64,000 nucleotides of DNA from an uncultured delta proteobacterium (GCA_963745025.1 CAVUWD010000016.1:448001-512000), one strand, 5' to 3'; positions 32,268 to 43,124 are shown, counted from the stretch's first letter. Notes: generated by a model from the letters alone, not told the origin. Numbers and translations: made by a program.

Positions 32268-32708
32268 CTAATCCCATTTTCTTGCATTAGTACGCGCGGC
32301 AACGGCCAATTCGGTTACCTTGTTGACGATCTCACTTCGTGTCGCGCCCGGGTGAAAGACATGGGCGACGCCTGCCGCTATCAGCTGGTCCACCTCGCCG
32401 TCCGGAATGATCCCCCCGACGACAACCGCAATATGCCCCAGCCCGGCGCTCTTCAGGGCGTCCATGAGCTTGGGCAAGATGAGATGGTCGGCGGCGAGAC
32501 TCGACACCCCGATCACATCGACGTCTTCCTGCATGGCAAGATTCACCACGTTCGGCGCCTTCTGCCATGGGCCAGTATAGACGACCTCCATTCCGGCATC
32601 GCGCAGAAACGCCGCAACGATCCGGCTCCCGCGGTCATGCGCATCAAAGCCTATTTTGGTGATCAGCACCTTGGGCGGGCGCCCTTTTGCGATCGCGTCA
32701 ACGTTCAT
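32268..32708 (-). CDS. Cobalamin-binding small subunit of acyl-CoA mutase
   Basis: KIGFDAHDRG (DxHxxG), GVSSL and VGGIIP motifs. Confidence 0.92.
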   Translation of the reverse strand: MNVDAIAKGRPPKVLITKIGFDAHDRGSRIVAAFLRDAGMEVVYTGPWQKAPNVVNLAMQEDVDVIGVSSLAADHLILPKLMDALKSAGLGHIAVVVGGIIPDGEVDQLIAAGVAHVFHPGATRSEIVNKVTELAVAARTNARKWD

Positions 32709-33330
32709 CGATTCGCCCTGTTCATATGGTCGCAAGCCCGGTTTGTCGCAACGACGGCCGTCTTCTGCTGCCGTGCATGCGAGCATGTCCGGCGGCGTGA
32801 AATTGCTCTCGGCGATCTGACCTCGGCGCGCCGGCAGGATCCGGCTGAAATCACCACCACCGCTTTTCCTTTCATCGACTGAGTGGGTCAAGAAACTCGG
32901 TTGCGCAGTCTCAACCGAATGGGTCACGTGGCAACTATGGGGAAAGTTCCGGAGGGGTGCTTCCCTATTTCACCTATCCAGGCCCCGCGTTCCCTCGGGC
33001 CCGGTTTCTACAACCACGCCGGATGCCGTCAGTCAAACCTCGCGTCGGTGACGCCTCGGGACGTGAGGCCGAGACACCCGCCAGGTGGACGTTGGCCGAG
33101 GGTAACCGCGTCCGTGCAAAGATGTGCGCGGGACCTACGCTAGGGATACCGCGCCGTGCTCGACTTCGAGAAGGACTACGACTTGCGCTGGCTCGCGGAG
33201 CTGCTGGCGAGGATGGGAACCACCTGGAGTCAGGTTTCGAGACCGTCCTGCCGCGGGCGTGCCGATTCCGGTCTCCCGGACGTCGCCTCCCGCCGTTGCG
33301 CGTCCACGTCGAACGGCGCTAAACGACGCC

Positions 33331-34569
33331 ATGGCCATCGACTTCAGCTTCCCCCCCGAGATCGAGCGCGCTCCGCCTGCAAGGTGCGCGACTTCATCGA
33401 CGCAGGTCGTGCGCCCCGCCGAGGAGAAGATCGCCGCCCGCGAGGGCGACCGCGCGCTTCCTCGTCCAGTCGATCATCGAGATGCGCGACGCCGCGCAGC
33501 GAGTGGGGCCTCTGGCTGCCGCACATGCCGAAGGAGTACGGCGGCATGGGGCTCGGCCACGTCGCGATGGCGGCCGTCTCGGCCGAGGCCGCGAAGTCCG
33601 CGCTTCGGCCCGTTCGCGCTGAACGCCCAGGCGCCCGACGAGGGCAACATGCACACGCTGCTCCACTGGGCGACCGCCGAGCAGAAGGAGAAGTACCTGC
33701 GGCCGCTCTGCGACGGGCGTCGTGCGCTCGTGCTTCGCGATGACCGAGCCCGAGGTCGCCGGCTCCGACCCGACGCTGATCCAGACGCGCGCCGTGCGCG
33801 ACGGCGACGACTGGGTCGTCAACGGCCACAAGTGGTTCATCTCGGGCGCGCGCGGCGCGCAAGTTCGCGATCCTGATCGCGCGCACCGAGGACGACCCCG
33901 AGATCCCGCAGGCCGGCGAACACGCGCGTTCATCGTCGACCTCCCGTCGCAGGGCTGGAAGGTCGTGCGCGACGTCGACACCATGGCCGGCAGCCACAAC
34001 CACTGCGAGATCCGCATCGCGAACCTGCGCGTGCCGAACGAGAACATGCTCGGCGGGCGCGGCCAGGGCCACCTGCTCGGCCAGGCGCGGCTCGGCCCGG
34101 CGCGCCTCGCGCACTGCATGCGCTGGATCGGCCAGGCCGAGATGGCGCTCGACATGATGGTCGACCGCGCGCTCAAGCGCTTCGCCCACGGCTCGCTGCT
34201 CGCCGAGAAGCAGGGCATCCAGTGGATGATCGCCGACTCGACGATGGAGCTCTACCAGTGCAAGCTGATGGTGCTGCACGCCGCCTACAAGATCGACCGC
34301 GGCGAGGACTTCCGGAGCGAGGTGTCGATGGCGAAGCACTTCGTCGCGAACGCGCTCGAACCGCATCATCGACCGCGCGATCCAGGTGCACGGCGCGCTC
34401 GGCTACTCGACGCGACACGCCGCTCGCGCACATGGCGCAGCAGGCGCGCTGGGCGCGCTTCGCCGACGGCGCCGACGAGGTGCACCAGTGGCGCATCGCG
34501 CAGCGCACGATCGAGGCCTACAAGCGCGACCGCTCGACGCGCACGGCGACGGGGAACCTGCCTCTCTAG
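33331..34569 (+). pseudogene. Acyl-CoA dehydrogenase with many single-base indels
   Basis: APDEGNMHTL, CFAMTEPEVAGSD, GQARLGPARLAHCMRW and DGADEVH scattered over three frames. Confidence 0.85.
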
Positions 34570-34958
34570 GTTACCGCGGCGTCCGGTGATCTGCTCTCGC
34601 CCCGCGCTCCTTCGTCGTCGAGCTCTCCGAGCTACGCGACGGTCTCCTGCACCACCTTGTCGCCGCGGCGCACCGAACGCACCAGACGCCGCCACTAAAG
34701 CCGCCAGGCAAAGGCATCGGCCCGATCTGAGCGCTGAGGTCTCCTCCTTCCTTCCTCCTGCCCCCGCCATCACTCAAGCCAGCGGGCCCTGAGCGCGTCT
34801 ACACGCTTCTCGGCGCGTCGGGAAGCGCGGCTTCGATCCGAGCGGCCGTTCCCCTCCTGGGCCGCACGAAGGCAGGGTACGCGCGGATCGCGCCTCTCGC
34901 GTCACGCCATAACTTCCGCAACTTCCGCCGTCATTCGCCCGTGCTATACGACGGGCAC

Positions 34959-35669
34959 ATGACTCTTGCGGTGAAGCCTCTCGTCCTCTTCGACGTCGAC
35001 GGCACGCTGTTGCTCACGAAAGGCGCGGGGATGCGGGCGATGAAGGCGGCCGCTGCGGAGCTCTTCGGCGCCGACTTTCGCTGGGATGGCATCGTCGTGT
35101 CCGGCCATCTCGATCCCTTGATCTTCGCCGAAGCCGCCGCTCTCAACAGCCTCGACGGCGCTCCGGCACATCACGAGTCGTTTCGGCGGCGCTATCTCGA
35201 GGTGCTGGTGCTGGAACTCGCACGGAATCCGGAGCGCGTGCAGATCATGCCCGGCATCCGCGAGAGCTTGAGCCAGCTGCGTGAAGGCGGGGCCGCGACC
35301 CTCGGCTTGCTCACGGGGAACTACGCGGAAGCGATTCCGCTCAAGCTCTCGGCGATCGGTCTCGACCCCGCATGGTTCGAGATCACCGCCTTCGGCGACG
35401 AGGCGGCGACGCGACGCGACCTCGCGGCGCTGGCGCTCGCGAAATACGCGCAACGCCTCGGCGCGCCGGTCGACCCGCGACGCGTGGTGATCGTCGGCGA
35501 CACGCCGCGCGACATCGACTGTGCCCACGCGCATGGCTGCTTCGCCTTTGCGGTCGCCACCGGCGGGTACGACGCTCTGGCGCTCGCGGAGGCAGGAGCC
35601 GATCTGGTGGTCTCCGACCTCGGCGACCCGACGCCGCTGCTCGACGTCGTCGAGCGCCTCGGCCGCTAG
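34959..35669 (+). CDS. HAD family hydrolase
   Basis: FDVDGTL, LTGN and VGDTPRD motifs; its stop codon lies within the CTAG at the MITE boundary. Confidence 0.9.
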   Translation: MTLAVKPLVLFDVDGTLLLTKGAGMRAMKAAAAELFGADFRWDGIVVSGHLDPLIFAEAAALNSLDGAPAHHESFRRRYLEVLVLELARNPERVQIMPGIRESLSQLREGGAATLGLLTGNYAEAIPLKLSAIGLDPAWFEITAFGDEAATRRDLAALALAKYAQRLGAPVDPRRVVIVGDTPRDIDCAHAHGCFAFAVATGGYDALALAEAGADLVVSDLGDPTPLLDVVERLGR

Positions 35670-35765
35670 TGTAGTGTCTCACAAAGAGCCTTGCATTTAA
35701 AACTGACTGCAACAGAAGCAGAACAGCAGATCAACTGTACAGTTGATTCGGAGACACTACGCTAG
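35666..35765. mobile_element. IS630-type MITE, copy 2 (inverted)
   Basis: Reverse complement of 12711-12811 with about 10 differences; CTAG at both ends. Confidence 0.85.
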
Positions 35766-35826
35766 CACCGTCGTCGGCTGGTTACTTGCCGGCTGCCGGG
35801 AGAGGCCGGTATAGTCCCGCGCGGCC

Positions 35827-38608
35827 ATGATTTCCTTCGCGCGCTGGATGGTTCGCCACCCGATTCTCTGCTTGGCGGCGAACCTCGCGATCACCGTGGT
35901 GCTCGGATACTTCGCCCTCGGAATCCGCATCGAGAGCTCGCTCTCGAGCGTGCTTCCCGCTGGCGATCCGCAGATCGCGTACTACGCCAAGGTCCGCGAG
36001 ACCTTCGGCAGCGACGACGTCGCCATGGTCGGCGTGCGCGCCGACAACATCTTCGCGCCTTCGACGATCGCCATGATCGCCAGGGTCACCGATAAAATTG
36101 CCAAGGTGAAGGGCGTTCAGAGCGTCATCAGCATCACCAACGCGCCGGATCTCGCCGAGGACGTCATCAACAAGCCGCGCTTGCTGCCGCACATCCCGCC
36201 CTCGGCGGCGGAAGTCGAAACGCTCAGGAAGAAGCTCAAGGCCATCCCGCTCTACGGCAAGAACCTCGTCGCGGAAGATTTCAAGGGGGTGGCGATCAAC
36301 GTCTTTCTGCAAAACCTCACCGACGTTCAGTACTACGATTTCGGCGTCGACCGCGAAATCCAGAAGATCCTCGATGCGGAGCACGGGTCCGCGACATTCT
36401 ACTTCACCGGCGCAGCCCACCTCACGCAATCGGCGCTCGAGCTCATGCAACGCGACCTCGCGCTGTTCACCCCGATCGCGCTCGCCCTCGTCCTGATCGC
36501 GTTCGGGCTCTCGTTCTGGAGCGTCCGCGGCGTCGTGCTTCCCGCGGTCTCCGTGCTGATGGCGCTGTCGTGGACGCTCGGCGTGATGGTGCTGGTGCAC
36601 AAGCCGATCACGCTCGGCACGTTCGTCCTGCCGCCGCTCTTGCTGGTGATCGGCAGCTCCTACGCGATCCACGTGATGGCGCGGTACTACGAACAGGTCG
36701 ACGCCGGCGCGCCGCGCGAAGACCTCGTGGTGCGGGCCTTCGAGCGGGTATGGCTCCCGCTCACGATCTCGGCGTTCACCAACATCATCGGCTTCGGCTC
36801 GTTGATGGTGAATCGGATCACCGCGATCTGGGACCTCGGCGTCTTCGCCGTGGTGGGCATCGTTTTCCTAGTGATCACGTCGCTCACCTTCATTCCCGCG
36901 GGCCTGGAGCTGCTCCCGGTGGAGCGCCGAACGCAACGCTCCGGCAAGATCTCGCCCGTGCTGTCAGACGCGCTGACGCGTCTCGGCAAGCGCGACTACG
37001 TGTTCCGCACCCCGATCCTGTGGGTATCGGCAGCCATAGCGGTGGTCGCGATCGTCGGCAGCTTCTTCATTCGCGTCGATTCGAACTTCCTCTACTACTT
37101 CAAGCCGACGTCGCCGATCCGCTACGACAACGAGATGATCAACCAGACCATCGCCGGCAGCAATCCATTCTACCTCGTGATCGAAGGGGACGAGGACGGC
37201 GTGTTGAAGCGCTGGGAAGTTTTGAAAGATGTCAAGGACCTGCAGAACTTCCTGCTCACTCTCCCGGGTATCACGTCATCGCTGTCTTTGGTCGACTATC
37301 TGGAGCTCTTCGAGGCGGGTCTCGCTCCGAAAGGGCAAGAGGAAGTCTCGCGTGGACGAGCAGGGCAACCCTCTCCCGGCGGAGGAGAAGGGGAAGTCGT
37401 TCTGGCAGGAGCCGAAGAATCTTCCGGGGCTACTGCAGTTCATCGAGAACAACGCCAAAGGGGTCGTCAAGAGCGTAGTGACACCCGACTACCGATCGGG
37501 CTCTGTCTTGGTGCGCACCAAGCTCTCCGGTTCGCGCGAAATCGAGGCGACCCTCGCTAGTATTCGCAGATACGTGAGCCAGCAGTTTCCGCCCAAGCTC
37601 AAAGTGACGGCGACCGGCAACCTCGTGTTGCTGACCGGCACCGCCTCGGACATCGTCGCCGGTCAGATCAAGAGCCTGTCGATCGCCCTCGGCGTCATCT
37701 TCATCGTGATGTCGATGATGTTCCTCTCGCTGAAGGTGGGCCTGCTCGCCATCCTACCGAACGTGCTGCCGATCCTGATCTTCTTCGGCGTGATGGGGTG
37801 GTTGGGCATCCTCTTGAATCTCGGCACCAGCCTGATCGCGGCGATCGCGCTCGGCATCGCCGTCGATTCGACGATCCACTACATGTCCCGCCTGAACCTC
37901 GAGCTGAAGGGTGCCGTCGATCAGGTGTCGGCGCTGGTCGGGACGCTGCGCATCGTCGGCGCGCCGATCATCTACGCGACCGTCGCGCTGTTTCTCGGCT
38001 TCCTGACCTTCGCCTTCTCGAGCTTCGTCCCGATCCAGCAGTTCGGCGTACTCACGGGCATCACCATGGCGACCGCGCTCGTCGCCAACCTCGTCCTTCT
38101 GCCCGGGGTGTTGGCCACCACCAAGATCATCACGGTCTGGGATCTCCTCGCGGTGAAGATCGGCAAGGATCCGTCCCGCACGATTCCGCTGTTTGCCGGG
38201 CTGCGCCCCGCGCAAGCTCGGATCGTCGTGCTGATGGGCGAGATCAAGCGCTTCGCGCCCGGCGAGGCGATCATCCGGCGAGGCGAGGCCGGCGAAGAGA
38301 TGTACGTGATCATGCAGGGAACGGTCGACGTCTTGGCCGGTACCGGCGCCGAGCGGCGGAAAATCGCCGAGCACAAGCGCGGCGACGTATTCGGCGAGAT
38401 GGCCTTCGTGCGCAGGCACGTGCGAAGCGCGGACGTCGTGGCGGTCGAGCCCGTCGAAGTCTTGGCCGTGAACGAGCGGTTCCTGCAGCGGATTCAATTG
38501 CGCTACCCGCGCATCGCCTCGAAGGTGTTCTTGAACCTGACGCGCATCGTCAGCGACCGGCTGCACCGCATGACCGATCAATTCGTCGCAGTACGGACCG
38601 CCGGCTGA
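35827..38608 (+). CDS. MMPL/RND transporter with C-terminal cNMP-binding domain, one frameshift near 37350
   Basis: Two MMPL halves (GSSYAIHV; GIAVDSTIHY); C-terminal IIRRGE.GEEMYVI..G..FGEMA...RSADV. Confidence 0.88.
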
Positions 38609-38614
38609 CGCGTC

Positions 38615-39100
38615 GTGCCTGGGGGTGTCGATCTGTCCGCTGACGACCGGTTGCGCGACAGGACTCGGGCGATGCTCGAGCTTGGACCGGATGCGGTCAT
38701 CTCCGCCGCTTTCGGCGACCGGGTGCGGCTGATCGTCGGCGGGCTTCCGTGCCTTCCGTTCGGCCACCGTCAATTCGACGCGTGCATCTCGAACGGTCTC
38801 CTCCACCACCTGCGACGCCCCGAGGCGCTGTGGAGCGAGACCCGCCGCATCGGCCGGCACGGAGCTTCGCCGTTCGTCATGGACCTCCACCGGCCGGCCA
38901 GCAGGCGAGAGGCGCGCGAGCTCGTCGAGCGAGCGGCGGGCGACGAGAGCCCGACCCTGAAGCAGGGCTTCTGCAACTCGCTTCTCGCAGCATTCACGGT
39001 GGAGGAAGTCCGCGGCCAGCTCGACGCGGCGGGGCTCGACAGCTGTTCTTGTGCCAACGTCAGCGAACGGCACTGGCTGGCCGCCGCCCGCATGCGGTAG
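38615..39100 (+). pseudogene. SAM-dependent methyltransferase, C-terminal part
   Basis: FDACISNGLLHHL..MDLHRP..NSLLAAFT.EEVR.QL; motif I missing. Confidence 0.6.
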
Positions 39101-39109
39101 AAGAAGGCG

Positions 39110-39520
39110 ATGCTCTTCGAGATCGACACGACTCGCAAGCGCGAGACGATCGACATCACCGACCGGGTGCGCGAGATCGTTCGTCGATCGAAGCTCGAGC
39201 GTGGGCTCTGTCACGTAATGGTTCTGCACGCCACGGCGGCGATCGTCGTCAACGAGAACGACGATCCCAACATCGGCACCGACCTGCTCACGGCGCTCGA
39301 CGGCGCCGTTCCCGAGCACGCCGGCTGGCTTCACGACCGGATCGACAACAACGCCCAAGCGCACATTCTCGCCTCGATCCTCGGCCCTTCGGAGATCGTC
39401 CCCGTCGAGAACGGGGACCTCCGGCTCGGTCGCTGGCAGGGTCTGATCCTCGTCGAGCTCGACGGGCCGCGGCGCTCGCGGCGGGTGGTGGTCACGCTTA
39501 CGCCGGCGGCGACGATCTAG
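39110..39520 (+). CDS. yjbQ: YjbQ (UPF0047) family protein
   Basis: HATAAIVVNEN.DP, NAQAHI and LGRWQG...ELDGPR motifs. Confidence 0.9.
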   Translation: MLFEIDTTRKRETIDITDRVREIVRRSKLERGLCHVMVLHATAAIVVNENDDPNIGTDLLTALDGAVPEHAGWLHDRIDNNAQAHILASILGPSEIVPVENGDLRLGRWQGLILVELDGPRRSRRVVVTLTPAATI

Positions 39521-39646
39521 TGGTAGAACGAGCGTAGACGACGGGACGTGAGCCTGCTTCCGGGGCGGGTGGTGCTGGAGCGTCCCGATGCGCTCTGTTG
39601 CCGCGAGCCCGCCGACTCGCTCGACAGCGGCACCGCGCGATGCCGA

Positions 39647-40354
39647 TCAGAATCTCTCTTTGAACGGGCGGACCTCGAGTTCCATCGTCCACGCGCTCGG
39701 ATCCTGATGTGCGAGATGCCAATACGTCTCGGCGATCGCATCCGGATTCAGCATATCTTCCGGCTCGAGCCCCGGGATGCGCCGGCCCGGGATGTCGATC
39801 GAGCCATCGACGTTGATCCACGCGACGTGAATTCCCCTGGGACCAAGATCGCGTGCGAGCGATTGCGCCAATCCGCGCATCGCAAACTTCGCTGGCCCGA
39901 ACGCCACCGACCTCGCCCCCGCCTTCACACCTGCCGTCGCGCCCGTGAAGAGTATCGTCCCGCGGCCGCGCGCGATCATGTCCGGCACCACTTGCTTCGC
40001 GCTCACGAACGCGCCGAACGCGTTGACTCGCCATGAGCTTTCGTACTGCTCGGGCGTGATGTCCGCGATAGTGCCGAACGCGCCGCTACCCGCATTGTAG
40101 ATCAGCACGCCAATCGGCCCGAGCCGCTCGCGAATCGACTGGAATGCCGACTCGACCTGCGCGCGGTCGCCGACATCGGCCGGCACCTCGACCGCGTCGC
40201 CGCCTGCCGCTTTGATTTCAGCGCCTAGCGTTCGCAGATAGTCAGCGCTGCGTGCGCTGATCGCGACGGAGTATTCCTTTGCGAATCGACGCGCGAGCGC
40301 CGCCCCCAATCCTGGACCGACTCCGACCACCGCTGCGACTTTGGGCTGCTTCAT
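39647..40354 (-). CDS. SDR oxidoreductase
   Basis: GVGPGLG, YNAG and FTGATA..AKFAMRGLAQSLAR motifs. Confidence 0.9.
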   Translation of the reverse strand: MKQPKVAAVVGVGPGLGAALARRFAKEYSVAISARSADYLRTLGAEIKAAGGDAVEVPADVGDRAQVESAFQSIRERLGPIGVLIYNAGSGAFGTIADITPEQYESSWRVNAFGAFVSAKQVVPDMIARGRGTILFTGATAGVKAGARSVAFGPAKFAMRGLAQSLARDLGPRGIHVAWINVDGSIDIPGRRIPGLEPEDMLNPDAIAETYWHLAHQDPSAWTMELEVRPFKERF

Positions 40355-40497
40355 TGTTGCCGTGGCGATTCGCTCCCTTGGTTATGACGGCGCGGCCGGA
40401 TGCGCAAGCGGCTCGGACTCGGCACGAAGCATAGATTCTTTTCCGTGGCGTCTTTGCGTTCTGACGAAGATGTTGTGTTTCCCGCGCGCATGGCGCG

Positions 40498-40527
40498 TTG
40501 ACACTGGTAGCTACACGGGGCTACTTT
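40498..40527 (+). promoter_or_regulatory. Promoter/operator of phd-vapC
   Basis: TTGACA-N18-TACTTT containing a GTAGC/GCTAC inverted repeat. Confidence 0.55.
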
Positions 40528-40535
40528 CAGACGCC

Positions 40536-40826
40536 ATGAAGGCAGTGGCAGTCAAGGAGCTCAAGAATCGCCTCAGCAGCTACCTGCGCGAGGTCAAGAA
40601 CGGGGAGGTCGTGCTGGTGACGGATCGCGGTCGGGTCGTTGCCGAGCTGCGCCGGCCGAGCACGGGAGCAGCGCTCAGCGCGCACGACCAGGTCCTGGAG
40701 CGGCTCTGCGCCGAAGGCGTCCTGGTTGCGGGGCTGCCGCAGGATCCCCGCGCCTACCGACCGTCGCCGCTCCGTCGCGCCGTCGCGAGTGGCGACCTGC
40801 TCGCCGCGGAGCGTGGGGAGCGGTGA
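40536..40826 (+). CDS. Phd/YefM antitoxin
   Basis: AVKELKNRLSSYLREVKNGEVVLVTDRGRVVAEL. Confidence 0.9.
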   Translation: MKAVAVKELKNRLSSYLREVKNGEVVLVTDRGRVVAELRRPSTGAALSAHDQVLERLCAEGVLVAGLPQDPRAYRPSPLRRAVASGDLLAAERGER

Positions 40827-41254
40827 CGGTCTACGCCGAGACGAGCGCGGTACTGCGCTGGCTCTTTGCCGAGGAGGGAGGCGAGGCGCTGCGGGCGGCG
40901 CTGGCGGCGGCGGGGAAGGTCACCTCGTCGCGCTTGACGCTGATCGAAACCCGCCGGGTCGTGCGCCGCGCCGAGCGCGATGGACGCATCACGGCGGCGC
41001 AGAGCGCCGACGTGTTGGCCGTCTTTGCCCAGGCGGTCTCCACCTGGGCGATTCTCGAGATCACCGAGGAGATCGCACGGCGGGCTGAAGACGGCTTCCC
41101 GAATGAGCCCGTGCGTACGCTCGATGCCATCCACCTGGCGAGCGCGCTCTTCCTCCGCCAGTCGTTCCCCGACCTCGTCGTCGTCACCGCCGACGAGCGC
41201 GTACGCGCCAACGCGGCGCTCTTGGGCTTCCAAGCGGAGGCCCACCAGCCATGA
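40823..41254 (+). CDS. VapC/PIN toxin
   Basis: YAETSAV, E, RTLDAIHLASA and TAD motifs; overlaps the antitoxin stop. Confidence 0.9.
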   Translation: MTVYAETSAVLRWLFAEEGGEALRAALAAAGKVTSSRLTLIETRRVVRRAERDGRITAAQSADVLAVFAQAVSTWAILEITEEIARRAEDGFPNEPVRTLDAIHLASALFLRQSFPDLVVVTADERVRANAALLGFQAEAHQP

Positions 41255-41394
41255 AGAGTCCCCGCGCGCGGTGGATCTCCGTCAGGGGCGCCGGCCGCAC
41301 GGTTCGGACAAGTCGCCTCGTAACGCTGTGGAAGGCACGGTAGTCGGACGCGCTACGCCGTCGCCGTGAAGCCGACGACTCCTCCCAACGATCA

Positions 41395-41438
41395 CCTCGC
41401 GCCTACACGCCCGACACCTCGCCGACAAGATCCTGACT
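41395..41438 (+). pseudogene. Scrap of the cyclase-STAND gene linker
   Basis: CCTCGCGCCTACACGCCC..CACCTCGCCGACAAGATCCTGAC encodes PRAYTP-HLADKILT, as at 16388-16435. Confidence 0.7.
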
Positions 41439-41446
41439 CGCGTCGA

Positions 41447-41776
41447 TCAACCGCCGAGGCCGAGAAACATCAGGATCGCACGGTTGAGGCGTACCATGTC
41501 TGCGTAGGCCAGACTCCCCACGCGGTTGCCGAGCTTCTCCTTGGCGACCGTCGCGATCTTGTCGACCATCAGCCGGGACGTGGTCCGCAGACCATTCAGT
41601 TCGCTCGGTGCCACGATCAGACGAAGCAACGGCGCATCCGTCGTATCGCTCGTGAACGGACAGGTCGTGATGGATGCGGTTGCGGCGAAGCGATCGTCCT
41701 GGACGATCACCACGGGGCGCGGTTTGCCCGCGTAGTCTTTGCCGCCGGCCGCCGTCCAGACTTCGCCGCGCTTCAC
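41447..41776 (-). CDS. MazF/PemK toxin
   Basis: MKRGEVW..GKPRPVVIVQDD..MVDKI.TV...G..VG.L. Confidence 0.9.
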   Translation of the reverse strand: MKRGEVWTAAGGKDYAGKPRPVVIVQDDRFAATASITTCPFTSDTTDAPLLRLIVAPSELNGLRTTSRLMVDKIATVAKEKLGNRVGSLAYADMVRLNRAILMFLGLGG

Positions 41777-41835
41777 TCGTCGAGTCCGATCGCGATCGCG
41801 TCGACGAACGCCTGGTCCTTGGCCGCGTGGCGACT
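41773..41835 (-). pseudogene. 3' remnant of a DUF3018-like antitoxin
   Basis: HAAKDQAFVDAIAIGLDE* overlaps the mazF start (GTGA). Confidence 0.55.
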
Positions 41836-41844
41836 GCACGCGTC

Positions 41845-42496
41845 GGCGCGTCGCGAGCTGGAAATGGCGCTCACGATGCAGCCCGACTTGGCTACCGCTC
41901 ATGAATGGAACGGCATCTATTTGGTCATCGCCGGCCAGGCCGATGAGGGACTCGCCGAGTCGCGGCGCGCGGTCGAGCTGGATCCGCTGTCGCCCGAGAC
42001 GAACACCTTCTTGGGCCTCAACCTCTACTTCGTCCGCCGCTACGATGAAGCAATCAAACAGCTGCGCACCGCGATCGCCACTGACCCGGGCTATTGGTAT
42101 GCGCATCTGTGGATCGGGCGTGCGTACGCCCGCGCGGGCAGGTCTTCCGAGGCGATCGCCGAGCTGAGGAGCGCGCAGCGCTTGGAGGGATCAGGGAGCC
42201 CGGAAATCGAGTCGGCCCTCGGGCGTGCGTATGCGGACGGAGGGGACAGGGCCGAAGCGACCAAGGTGCTCGACCATTTGCGCAACCGGATGCGCGACGA
42301 GTTCATCGCCGCTACCTTCATGGCGACGATGCATGCCGGGCTGGGCGAGGTGGACGAGGCCTTCGCGGCGCTGGGGCAGGCCGAGGCGCAGCACTCGTAC
42401 TACGTGCCATGGTGGAAGGTCGATCCCGAGCTCGACCCGTTGCGCTCCGACCCGCGGTTCACCGTGCTGCTGAAGAAGGTGGGGTTGGACAACTGA
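41845..42496 (+). pseudogene. TPR C-terminus of a TolB-like/TPR cyclase or kinase
   Basis: RRAVELDPLS repeats ending in KVDPELDPLRSDPRF; no 5' part. Confidence 0.75.
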
Positions 42497-42681
42497 ACGC
42501 CCGGATGACACGTGCTGCACAACGCGGTCAATCTGCTCGGTGCGCCCGTTGGGCTGGTTGTCGTCAGCCCCTGACCCCCGATGCGAAATTACCCGCCGCG
42601 TTCAGGTCACGGAAGAAATTTGGGATCGCGGCGAATCGTGGCTATCCTATGTCCAAACGGCACGCGTCGAGGAGGAAGGAA

Positions 42682-43124
42682 ATGAAGATCAAATCATTGG
42701 GTCATGTGGTGCTGCGGGTGACCGACTGCGAACGGGCGAACGGCCTTCTACAACGGCGTGCTCGGGCTGCCGGTCTGTGCCCGTTTAGACCAGGACGGCA
42801 TGAAGATGGCGTTCTTCTCGCTCGGCAATCATCACGACTTTGCGGTGATGGAGGTGAAGCGGCGAGGGCAGCAGCCGGGCCGAATCCGCAGTGGGGTTGC
42901 ATCATGTCGCCTTCAACATCGGCACCACCTTGGACGAACTGCGCGAAGCCAAGGCGAAGCTGGACGCCGCGGGCATCGCGACCGATCCCGTCGACCACGA
43001 GGTGACGAAGTCGCTGTACTTCAAGGATCCCGACGGCAACGGCGTCGAGCTGTACGTCGATGCGTCCGATGTCTGGCGCCAACACCCGCAGCGGGTCGCA
43101 CAGTTGAGGCCGCTCAAGTTGTAG
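42682..43124 (+). pseudogene. VOC family protein, frameshifted
   Basis: LGHVVLRV / HHDFAV / GLHHVAF..SLYFKDPDGNGVELY over three frames. Confidence 0.8.

Noticed and set aside
32710-33120. Cobalamin riboswitch upstream of the mutase operon
   Set aside because: No recognisable B12 box or conserved core by eye; an Rfam cmscan would be decisive.
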